Below are positions 26,553 through 37,397 of a DNA stretch of 64,000 nt, one piece after another. The DNA lies in assembly GCA_047495785.1 (NCBI GenBank), contig JBLDXI010000042.1:1550001-1614000 (forward strand). The letters run 5' to 3'. Within the stretch, counting starts at the first letter, position 1, and each line of letters opens with the position of its first letter. The notes beneath the pieces are model-generated. The model did no database searches. It was not told where the DNA came from and saw nothing but the letters and a program-made list of their open reading frames with translations. This DNA is from Lepidodermella squamata. Its lineage: Eukaryota; Animalia; Gastrotricha. The translations under genes were made by a program, and so were the position numbers.

Positions 26553-27141
26553 TCAAATTTATCTGGTAACTGAAGAAGTACTGCAAAGCATTACAATTCG
26601 ATGAAAACGAATATCTGATATTTATTTAGCCCAAAAATGCTGATGCTAATAATTGTAGCCAACTCAACTCAATGGGCATACCTTCTCTGGGAACAGGAAC
26701 AAAATCGAATAAAAAAGTGGCTGTTTCAAGGATATCTTAATTGTCAATTGAAACTGAAATTAAACTGAAAATCGTGAGCAGCTGTTACGCTATTAGGCGA
26801 CGCTGTATTTGCTTATTCCCTCAGCCAAGTAAACATTTCCGCTTCGAGCGTAACAGTTCCCTTTTACGATGATGATCTCAATTTTAGCCATAGGCTTTGC
26901 CATTATTTCCTCTAAATTTTTATGTCTACGCGTTTCATATTCTGGGGGTCCTATTCTGGGACAAGCAAACATCTTCCAACCTCGAATGAGTAAGAAGAAA
27001 TATCTCGAGCGTTCAATTTACTTCGATTTAAAGTAAATCAGCATGCCATTACTGTTGTTGCTACTGATGTTGATTTTCGGGTTTACTATTATCAGAGGAA
27101 TTTAAAAAATACATGATAAAAACAGGCGTTCCAGATCACAG

Positions 27142-28406
27142 TTAAATTAGAATTAGAATTAGCAACAGGAAGTCGATGGCACAAGTGAGAAGGAAAACAA
27201 CTGAGAAGAACCCAACATCCATGGCAATAATTCTGCTGAGCCGAAATTGAAGGCTGAGTGTCTTGAACTTGACTGTAACAAATTCATAAGCGGTCTTCGT
27301 TTTCGAAAAGTGGCACGACCACATCGCGTAGATAGTGCAAAGCGAGCTAACCCCGAGCTGTACAGATAGAAACATGACGACGTAGGCCGTTTCGTTCGAA
27401 TTCGGAATCAGCTGGTTGACAGTGGTCTGAATAAAAGCATAGGCCAATACCACAGTTATGAAGAAAACCGGCCGATCTGGATGTTTAGCTGGCATGAAAC
27501 CCGCAGCGAACAGTACAGCCATCAGGCAAAAGCATGGGACAAATATGCTGAATGCATAGCTGTTCGATCGCCGAGATAGCTCGAAAATGAAAACAGTTCG
27601 AGTGTAATGGTCGCCTAATACATCGTTGCCGTATTGAATCAGCTTAACCCCACCGGTGATGTTAATCAAATTCCACAGTTCGCCATCGCTTATAAATTGG
27701 CGGTTGTTGTCCGAGTGAACTTCCGTTGTCTGATTACCACCACGCATTACTAACTGGACAAAGTCCGACGATTGAAAAGACTCGAATTGCAGCGAACAAT
27801 GCAACGAATCGAAAGGAAACTTTCTTAGCCTGATAAAATGGAAGGTAATCAAGTGCCCTCATGGCTCAGCGAGGTAAGGATTATACTTTGATTCGCAAAA
27901 TGAGTCCAGACTCGCGGTTGTAGGCAGGAAGAATCGGCCGTCACTGGACAGGTATATCGGACCAGCCTCGAGCAAACTGCAACATCAATAAAAAGTACGT
28001 AATTATCAATTTCGGGAGTCTTTTACTGATTCAGTTCCATTTCCGAGTCGGCATTCACATGTTGAATCATAGGAATCCACGTTTCTCGAGCATTGAAACC
28101 GACTTGGCTTACGTTTTGCCACTCAGATGGATTCCAACTTGCGCAAGGGTGCTGCCAATACAAATCAAGCTCTGCGATGAGTTTGAATCGCTGTTCGCGG
28201 TCGTCGAGTTCTTGGAAACGATATGGCAATAGCGCTACAAATACGTGGGTAGGATCGTCATAATTGCTGACAGGTCTTGATCGAGATAAAACGGAACACT
28301 CGTTGACAAGGTAATTCTTCAATTGCTCATCCGGAGGAGTGAATTCTCCGCCCATCGAGTAACCAAAGCAATAAATGCAGCAAAATATCACAGATAGGTA
28401 GACCAT
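27142..28406 (-). CDS. Cys-loop pentameric ligand-gated ion channel subunit, divergent (copy 1, 3 exons)
   Basis: Signal peptide; SRPV, WIP, spliced Cys-loop CESKLRKFPFDSLHC (intron 27886-27830), pre-M1 LSRR, four TM segments; short M3-M4 loop. Confidence 0.9.
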
Positions 28407-28506
28407 GACTATGATCTGGTATTAATATTAACAATCCTAGAATTATTACAATGATCATTTCTTTTCTAATTTTCATTACAGAATGGCTGTTCGTTCGAAG
28501 TAATAA

Positions 28507-29141
28507 GTGCGCGACTTTTGCTGCTCGTATAGAACAACCCTAAGATTTCAACCCTAACCCTATCTCACGGTTAAGGTTAGGGTTAGGGATGGCAAGTTTA
28601 GGAGGAGAGTGAGGTTTAAGGGTTAGGCTAGGATTAGGGATGGGGTAATTCAAAGGTTAGGTCAGGTTGAGGTGGGGCTAAAGGTTAGGAAGGTTAGGGT
28701 TAGGATTTAGGATAGGGTTAAGATAGTGGTTAGGGTTAGGGCTATGGTTAGTTCTAGGATTGAGAACGGTTTAAGGTTTAGATTGGGTATAGTTTAGAGT
28801 TAGGGTTAGGTCAAGGATTGAGGTAGGGTTATGAGTTAAGGTTAGGATTTAGAATTAGGGCTAGGGTTAAGATAAGGGTTAATATAAGGGTTAGGGTTAG
28901 CGTTAGGGCTATGGTTAGGTCAAGGGATGAGACGGGGTTAAGCCAGGATTGCGACTGTATAGGATTAGGATTATGGTTAGTGTTGGGTTGTGGTACTGTT
29001 TAGGGTTAGGGTTTAGTATCAGCGATTAAACCGCTACTGGGTAGGGTTAGGGTCAGTGAAGGAAGTAGGCTTGTCGCCGAAAGGGGGATGCCCACCAAAA
29101 TTTAGGGTTAGTGTTAGGGTTACGCAGCGAAAATCGTGTAC
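28507..29141. repeat. Interstitial degenerate (TTAGGG)n array bounded by imperfect 18-bp inverted repeats
   Basis: About 550 bp of TTAGGG variants, preceded by a short CCCTAA-oriented stretch. Ends GTGCGCGACTTTTGCTGC / GCAGCGAAAATCGTGTAC (14/18 inverted match). Confidence 0.85.
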
Positions 29142-29180
29142 ATTGTAAATAAAATAACTTCAATCTTGTCATTCATTAGG

Positions 29181-30467
29181 CTAATTTTTTCGAGTCATTT
29201 GAGATATGATCACAGCAAACGCAGATATACTAAAGCAAACAATACAAAAATAGAATGTAAGATCGATAAATCGCAGGCGAGACATTTTCCACCCAAAAAT
29301 GTTCAAGGAGGATTTTCTCATTCCCGGAATTGACGCCATGTGGCACGCCAATAGCGAATAAAGCGTGCAAACAACTCCGATTCCCAGCTGCATGGACAGG
29401 AAAGTGGCAATCAACGCGATTTGCCCCGTTTTAGGTATAGCGTCGTTCACAGAATTTTGCAATACAGCGTATGCCAGCAGTACAGTGATACAAAATGCAG
29501 CTCTGTCCGGGTACTTAGCAGGCATCAGTCCAGATGAAAGAAGGGTGAGATAAAGGCAAAAGCATGGGAAAAACATATTAATCAAGTAAAACGCGAAACG
29601 TCGCCGAAGTGAGAAATAGAATACGACACGATCGTAAGCGGATTCTTTCTTCTCGCCCTTGTATTTGATCTGGAGAACGGAAGCATTCACGCTCACCAGC
29701 TGCCAAACATCGGACGGACTGATGAAGGGAGAATTTGCGTCCTCGAAAATTTGCAGCGCTTCATCAAGGTTCTCGCTTATTTTCAGGCGGACAAATGAGC
29801 TTGATTGCCAGGGTTCGAACTGAACAGTGCATACCTCATCGTCGAAAGGAAACTGATTCAAGCTTCAAAAATTAAAATGTGCAATCATTGTTCGATATGA
29901 GGAGAAGTTCATTACTCGAGCTCACAAAACGAGGTGAAAACGGTGATGACTGGCATAGTAACACTGCCGTCTTCCTTGAAGAAAACTGAACTCCTTTCCA
30001 GATACCTGTAACATAGACTTAGTCGAAAGTTCGAAAATCTGGTGAAAACAAACTGACTCTTGAATGTTGAACTCCTCCGCAGCATTGATATGTTCAATTA
30101 GTGGATACCACGTTTCTTCGGCTCGCATTTGAAACTGCGCCACTTTATCTGTCCTCTGTGTCGAATTCCAAACAGTACACGGATGCTGCCATATCAAATC
30201 CAACTCTGTTATGAGACTAAATCGTTGCAGCCGATCATCGAGTTCCCGCATGCGATAGGTTAGCATGTTGACTTTGATGTCCACAGCGTCGCCATAGTAG
30301 GAGACCGGGCGAGATTTTGAGAGCAAACTGCAGTTACTTATCATTTGTTGCTTCAAGGTTTCATCGACTGGCAGAAATTTAGGACCTCCAGCTGATGCAG
30401 CTCGCAACACATTCGCGTAGAAAAACATTAGCCAACCCGCTTCGAATCTCAACAATTTCGTGGCCAT
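29181..30467 (-). CDS. Cys-loop pentameric ligand-gated ion channel subunit, divergent (copy 2, 3 exons)
   Basis: Signal peptide; SRPV, WYP, spliced Cys-loop CELDLNQFPFDDEVC, LRRR, M1-M4. Introns at ~30057-30006 and ~29914-29863, the same positions as copy 1. Confidence 0.9.
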
Positions 30468-30884
30468 TTAATGCGCAGAATGTTAGTGCATAGCGTATAT
30501 CATCGGAAAATGCTATGGGAAATTCCCACGGCTCCGTGTTAAATATTTTAGCCACATTAGTTTCCGCTTTTGATTCGGCTGAATCGATCTGATTTATCGC
30601 AACTAGGACCTGTGGTGATTTTTTACCATTAAGCGGAAAAGTGGCTAGCTCGAGCCCATCGAGTTTTACCTAGAGCGACTCGCAATATCGTTTTTTACTT
30701 ATAAATATTTAACTTGTTTGCGGGATCACTTAAATCAGGAACGACGAACGATACCGTGCCAAAACGGTTTTCAATAATTTACGATCCATCACCCATCACC
30801 CTATTTTTTTCGTGTTTGGCGTTTGGTGAGGCTTTGATTGTTAGATTGACTGTCCTAGGCATGACTAACCGCCGGTCTTTCTGT

Positions 30885-31600
30885 TACTGGAAGCGATGCG
30901 GCAATAGTGCTACAAATACGTGGGTGGGATCATCGAAATTGCTGACAGGCAGAGCGCGAAGTAGGATTCTCGAACTAGGGGTATATTGTGGAACACATTT
31001 CACGACCAAAGGGCTGTGGTTTTTGCTGGGTTTTTTCACTTTGGCTTTGCGAACACAGGTGTAAAATGTTCATAGTACATTGTATGAATTCGCCTCCTCT
31101 ATAGGTATAGCATCGTTCACTGAATTTTGTAATACAGAATACAGTGTAAACAATGATGCTAAATTCGCGCTCATCAGCTTCCAAACATCGGACGGACTGA
31201 AAAAGGGAGAACTTGCGTTTTAAAAGATTTGCAGAGCTTCATCAAGTTCTCGCGTATCAGGCGAAGAAATGCGCTTGAATGCCAGAGCTCGAACCCTTCG
31301 AGCTGAAAAGTGCATACCTCTTTGTCGACAAATTGACGCAAGCTATAAAAATCTAAATCATGAAATCATTGTTTCGATATAATGAGAAGCTAATTACTCA
31401 AGCTCGCAAAACAAGGTGAAACGGTGATGACTGGCAAAAGAACACTGCCGCCTTCTTTGAAGAAAATCGAACTCCTTTCTACATTCCTGCAATTATAGAA
31501 CTTGATCGAAAAGATGGTTAAAAGCTTCTAACTCAGGCTTGAATGTTGAACGCCTCCACAGCATTCCCAGAGCAACAATTTCGTGCCCATTAACTGCCAT
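30885..31600 (-). pseudogene. Fragmented pLGIC pseudogene(s)
   Basis: 31085-31590 aligns, with many deletions, to copy 2. 30890-30950 matches copy 1 at ~28215-28274. Confidence 0.75.
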
Positions 31601-32393
31601 AATAAAAGAACTAAATACCTATGCAAATTAGTTTGTCTGAGGTCTGAGGACAGTAATCTGTTTAAAGTTTCGATTTTTCTCAAACTAACATGTTACGTCG
31701 AATATATATTTATTGTTTGTAAACGCCCCAGCAACTTGCGGCTTCTATTGCTGCGGACGAACTGGACGCTGGAATTTCTGATGCGCTTATTTGAAATGCA
31801 TTTAAAATCTTCGTACCACTCATCAACTTAAAACGTTGCGGATTTTGCGTGAATTCGAACTGATTATTAGTTCCTTGATTTTTGTGATCAATTTTTTAGT
31901 TTACCTTGGTGAATAAAATGTTAGTAGAGTCGTGCTAATTTTTTTTTCGCAAGCCCAAAAGTGCTGGACCCTTGTTTTTCGTAGTTGACATGACTTTTTA
32001 ATGACGCTGTATCCTATGACGTAGAAACACCACCCACCGTTTCTTCGCCTCAAAAGTTACTGTGAATAAAAGGAGAGTTTTTGCCCTCTTCTTCGCAATC
32101 GTGATTGGAAATAGTTGCCAGTGTCAAGACCCAGGACAACGACTGATCATCCTTGCTACTCTAGTTTCCTAACCGGATGTTTTCAATCTATGAGTGGGAA
32201 TTTTAACAAAGGTTCTGAATAATTTATTACTCATGCATTGCATCAATATTACAAACGAGAAAAAAACACCAGATAAACCCTAATATATATATATATAAGA
32301 AAAATACTTCAACGAAAAAAACAACACGTAAATACGCACACGGGCAAGAGGAAATTCTTGCTTGAAAGCTCAGTTTTCTTGTTTAATTTCAAA

Positions 32394-33951
32394 ATGCGTC
32401 TCTACTCAATTGTAATCGCTTTCCTTGGGCTGGGATCTAGACTCGCCACTGCTCAAGATGATCTTGAATGCGGTTCTGCGATTTCCACTGCTGCGGCGGA
32501 AGCTAGCGACTCAGCTGGCAGCCAACCAGTGGAACCAAACGCCTACCCATGGCTAGTATGTTTCGATTGTAAATAATAATTCATTTAACAAAAAAAGAAT
32601 GTTCTTCAAGGTTTCTCTTGAGATTCAGAAAAGGGGTGAAACGTCAGCCTCATACTGCGGAGCTTCCCTTATCTCGAAGCAATGGCTGATAACTGCAGCT
32701 CAGTGCGTTTCGAATGCCATTTCGTGAGTGTTTTAATAAATTCCCCCACTTGGCGATTCAGAGTTTGTTTAAACAGGATCAAGGCAACGCTAGGTCACCA
32801 TAATACCAGTGATCGTTCAAAGAGAGCCTACTATGAATCTTTCGTATCGCTACCACCTTTGGTGCATCCGCTATACAATAGAAATCAGAATATATCCGAC
32901 TTTGATTTTGCCCTCTTGCAATTGAAGAAGCCGCTGTCTAGGTTCTCGCAGCAGATCAAACCGATTTGTCTGCCTGACGCTAGAACCATGTGCCGAGCCA
33001 ATTCAATTGATGGATGCGAGTCAGCTGTCGCAGTTGGCTGGGGTCGTTTTGAATACGGTATGATTTAGCATCATTCACAACAGTCTCCAGGCGTTCAGAC
33101 CAAACGAGGCCGGGATTCGTTGGGATTTTGAAAATACGACATAGCCCTATTTCTATTTTTGTATTTCAGCCCAACCGAGATCTGAGACCCCGAGGAAAAT
33201 TAATCTGCAGGTTCAGTCGTACGCAAATTGTTCACATGAGTATTCCCGCGGCTCGAAGATGTGTTTCGCCGCCGACGACAGGGGCGTTTGCTTTGGCGAT
33301 TCTGGGAGTCCACTCATGTGTTCGAAATCAAATAGGACTTACCTACTCGGTATAAATTCGAATATTGGTGATTCGTGCACGACAGAAATGCCTGGCATCT
33401 ACAGCAGGGTCTGCAAGATTCTGGATTGGATTTCGAACAACGCATATTTCCGAGGACAGAGCAGCACTCCAGCAGTCAAGTCCTGTTATGTACCAAGCGT
33501 AACGGCGGGATTAGTTACCCGAGTGGGCCCAGAAACCTCCCTAAATACTGGGGCAGTTCTAATGCCTGGATCAGTTGTTGAAAGAGGAGGTGTAGTGAGT
33601 GTTAAGTGCAACCCTGGTTACGAATACTCCTCCTCTGTCTCAATTGCAACGTGCCTGCCTCCATTTCAACCGTTAATAAATGGAAGCTGTAACCCTATAG
33701 GTAAGTAAAACAATATCAAACATTGTTTGTAACCAATTTTACTCACTGTTTGAATGTGGGCTGTTAAGGCTGCGGTTCTGTTCCCAAGATCCGAAACGGC
33801 AACGTATCTCCTGGTCTTTCAAGCTTCGGAGCCACTCGAACCATATCGTGCAATGAAAATTTCACGATTCAAGGAAATTCTGCCATCTCGTGTCGATGGC
33901 TCGCAACCTGGTCGCAGCCTGGGTATTGCGTCTTCAAAGAGTCACCATCTG
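32394..33951 (+). CDS. Secreted trypsin-like serine protease homolog (His->Gln) with C-terminal Sushi domains, copy B
   Basis: Signal peptide; exons carry YPWL, TAAQC, DFALL, VGWG, GDSGSP and PGIYSRV, then two CCP modules (SCYVP...CNPGY...C; CGSVPKIRNG...CNENF...WSQPGYC). May continue past 33951. Confidence 0.8.
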
Positions 33952-34842
33952 TAAGTTGCTGCGATGCATTAATTATTAGATCGATGTTTGCTTTTAAAAT
34001 TTCGATTGGGTTTTCGGTTTTCGGGCATCGATCAAATCCACCCTTGATCTGCAAACTTCGGAAAATTTCGCATTTCAAATCCGCATAAGATTTGTTGAGA
34101 TGGAGGTATGATTGTATAGGCAGGGTTGTTGCCAGCTGGCTGTGAAGCTTCGTCTTGCGTAGTGCGCGTATCTTTCGTTTTACGAATTCACGTCACGACC
34201 TCCCGGTGTAATAAGAAAAAACATGTTGAGAATTACGTTCACAGCGCGCAGAAGAATGGCCACTGCCGGTCTAGCGGCCTTTGTCATTTGACGGGAACTC
34301 CTAAACAATGAGACATACGCCATGAGTAATGGGCAAATGTGTAAGTTCTACACTCAAAATAAGCGATTATGCTAGTTCTTGCGGTTGAAACATAGATAAG
34401 AATAAAGATCGGAAGCTTTCGATCCTGCCAAAAAGTTGAGGGTGCAAAGCCACATTGTTGTTCGTTTCATTTGAGGCATGTGCGAATCAAGAGATGTTAA
34501 TGGATGCAGAACTGCTCGCTCTTTTTACACAAACCGCGCGCCTTAGCGACGCATTTATCAAATGCATAAAAAAAACTTATCTTCGCAAAAAAATTGATCA
34601 GTAATCTTTTTAGTGGCCAAATTCAAATTGTTCATTTAATTTGAATCTTAAATCTGTTCATCGCACATTATCCCCAATTTAGAGATTTGTTTCCAACTAA
34701 AATGTGAAGCAAATTTTCGATTTTTATATAATCTGGGGCATTGTTAGCAGAGACACTTTTCAAGAAATTGCATTCGATGTAATTAAACGGCTATGGAGGT
34801 TAGCTTAACGCGCTAAACCCGCGCAATACTTATACCATAAGA

Positions 34843-35590
34843 CAGGGTGGCCAAATAGAGCCGCACATTGAGCTTCGCAGAACCTGAAAATCTGAGCTAG
34901 TAATTATTTGCCAAAATCTTGTTTCCGAGATCTGCGAGATGAACTACCATCATCAATAAAAAAAATTTTTTTTTCATCGCTCGTCTTCAAAGCTAGGCAA
35001 TCACACGACCCAGCTCTATGGAAGCCTGGAACTATTCATCCCCTTACATACTCATGCTACCAAAACCAAGCTTGAGCTTTGAAAGAATGCCCAGAAATTT
35101 ACCATGATACTCATGTTTCCCCATGCGAAAGATTTGATTTGAAGTCACTGGTTGAAGTACTTATCGATGGATGATTGTTCTCATTCATGTACTATTTTAA
35201 TGAATAGAATCCCTCGAGCTAACCTTCAATATCTCTGCCTCTCGTCTGAACCTTTACCCAAACTACCCAATAAAGCTCCGTTGAACAACGTCTGGGATGG
35301 TCGACAAGCTTCGTTACAAGGAACGCTGGGATATTGACATCATTTTGATGAAATATTTTTTAATTTAAAAATGTTTCATTTTAAAACCTAAAACTAGATT
35401 CTGGTTTTTTACTTTGGGACGAAGCAAAAAATAGGGAGGACGGCGCGGTTCTTTCATAATGGCGATATCAGAAGTTCTGCATCCGGTACTTAACATCTCT
35501 TGGTGTGTATAGCTAAATGCTTGTAAAATCGGCCCATTGTTAAATCGATTTTTTCAAAAAATGTCGTTCCTGTAATTTATTGGCAACCCT
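34843..35590. mobile_element. Probable hAT-like MITE
   Basis: Inverted termini CAGGGTGGCCAA / TTGGCAACCCT; no TSD seen. Confidence 0.4.
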
Positions 35591-35841
35591 CGCCGATTTA
35601 TCCTGTTTGGTTTCACCGCCAAGCTGAGATCTACAGCCACACAAGAAAACAAAATCGTTTCAAAGCATTATTTCGACATGCCATGCAAAACCTGAAAAAT
35701 CCCCAAAAAATGCGACGGGGCCTAAAAGTTATATATATCGATAACTTAGCCCTTCCTGGTAATGAAAAAAAAATCTGAAATTTTCTGGAAAAGAATAGGG
35801 CGCAATGAACGCCCTACTTCCTGTGCTGCTCTGGAATTTGA

Positions 35842-37308
35842 ATGTCTTTTTTTATTAAGATTCTCACTGCATACGAGAGGTTGTGGAATGCAACAGCCGA
35901 GGCGGAAGACGTGGCACTGGTGAGACAACTGATTGCGGAGATCGACAATGCCACTGGCGGCAACTTCAACCCGAACTGGCTCAACCCAAAGTGGGTTAGC
36001 TGCAATTTTGCGAGAAATTATCCTAGGATGCTACGTGATATGGCGAATGCTCCCCTGCTCCACAGTGTCATGTGTTCTAATCGTACTCAATCTGACCAGC
36101 GAGTGCAGATAGCTCAACTGCTGGTCGAGGATCATGGCGCTGACGTGAATTCCAAGGAGTTTTTATGTGGTAGGACGGCGTTGATTATTGCAGCTAGCGG
36201 TGGGCATGTCGAAGTTGTTCGACTCTTGCTGGATCACAACGCTTCTATCGAGGAAGAAAATCATTATGGCGAGACGGCGTTGATGTATGCGGCTGGGGAT
36301 GGGAAAGTTGAAGTTGTTCGACTGTTGCTGGATCACAACGCTGCCATCGAGACAAAGAATTATGATGGCGAGACGGCGTTGATGTATGCGGCTAGGGATG
36401 GGAATGTTGAAGTTGTTCGACTGTTGGTGGATCACAACGCTTCTATCGAGGCAAAGGATGATCATGGCTACACGGTGTTGATGAGGGCGGCTAGAGATGG
36501 GCAAGTCGAAGTTGTTCGACTCTTGCTGGATCACAACGTTTCTACCGAGACAAAGACTTATTATGGCGAGACGGCGTTGTTGTATGCGGCTGAAAATGGG
36601 AAAGTCGAAGTGGTTCGACTTTTACTGGATCACGCTACCATCGAGGCCAGGGCTAATTATGGCTCGACGGCGTTGAGGTATGCAGCTAGTGGTGGGCAAG
36701 TCGAAGTGGTACGACTGCTGCTGGATCGCAACGCTACCATCGAGGCAAAGAATGATGATGGCCAGACAGCGTTGATTTTGGCAGCTAGCGGTGGGCATGT
36801 CGAAGTTGTTCGACTCTTGCTGGATCACAACGCTACTATTGACGCCAAGGGTAACGATGGCTCGACGGCGTTGATTTATGCGGCTAGCTATGAGAGAGTT
36901 GAAGTGGTACGACTGTTGCTGGATCGCAACGCTACCATTGACGCCAAGGAAGATGCTGGCTCGACGGCGTTGACTATTGCAGCTACGAATGGGCAAGTCG
37001 AAATGGTACGATTGTTGCTGGATCACAACGCAACCATTGACGCAAAGGTTAACGATGGCTCGACGGCGTTGATGCTTGCGGCTGCAAATGGGAAAGTCGA
37101 AGTAGTAGGACTGCTGCTGGATAGTGGTGCAAATAAAGATGCTAGAAATTTATATGACAGAACAGCGCTCGATTTGGCGATTTGCAACACCGAAACAGCA
37201 GTGGCCGATCTGCTGAGGTCGCGAGGAGCAAGTCGAGCGAGGTCATACTGCTCACCTGACCCACAGCGTTGGATGGCGTTCAGTTGGTACGGTTTATTGA
37301 TAATCTGA
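35842..37308 (+). CDS. Intronless ankyrin-repeat protein (~12-13 repeats)
   Basis: G.TAL..AA..G.VEVVRLLLDHNA repeats; ~99-bp tandem units conserved at DNA level (~36170-37130). Confidence 0.9.
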   Translation: MSFFIKILTAYERLWNATAEAEDVALVRQLIAEIDNATGGNFNPNWLNPKWVSCNFARNYPRMLRDMANAPLLHSVMCSNRTQSDQRVQIAQLLVEDHGADVNSKEFLCGRTALIIAASGGHVEVVRLLLDHNASIEEENHYGETALMYAAGDGKVEVVRLLLDHNAAIETKNYDGETALMYAARDGNVEVVRLLVDHNASIEAKDDHGYTVLMRAARDGQVEVVRLLLDHNVSTETKTYYGETALLYAAENGKVEVVRLLLDHATIEARANYGSTALRYAASGGQVEVVRLLLDRNATIEAKNDDGQTALILAASGGHVEVVRLLLDHNATIDAKGNDGSTALIYAASYERVEVVRLLLDRNATIDAKEDAGSTALTIAATNGQVEMVRLLLDHNATIDAKVNDGSTALMLAAANGKVEVVGLLLDSGANKDARNLYDRTALDLAICNTETAVADLLRSRGASRARSYCSPDPQRWMAFSWYGLLII

Positions 37309-37361
37309 TTATCTGTATACTTTCTGAAATTTCCCCATGCGCGGATTACAATTTTTCTCGC

Positions 37362-37362
<1 letters not shown>

Positions 37363-37397
<35 letters not shown>
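37363..37397. repeat. (ATT)n microsatellite
   Basis: About 11 copies; another tract at 24411-24443. Confidence 0.95.

Noticed and set aside
28570-29121. True chromosome end or fusion site
   Set aside because: Highly degenerate and flanked on both sides by collinear paralogous genes.
36163-37026. Antisense repetitive ORFs, or a CRISPR-like array
   Set aside because: Shadows of the 99-bp ankyrin coding repeats; no repeat-spacer structure and no cas genes.
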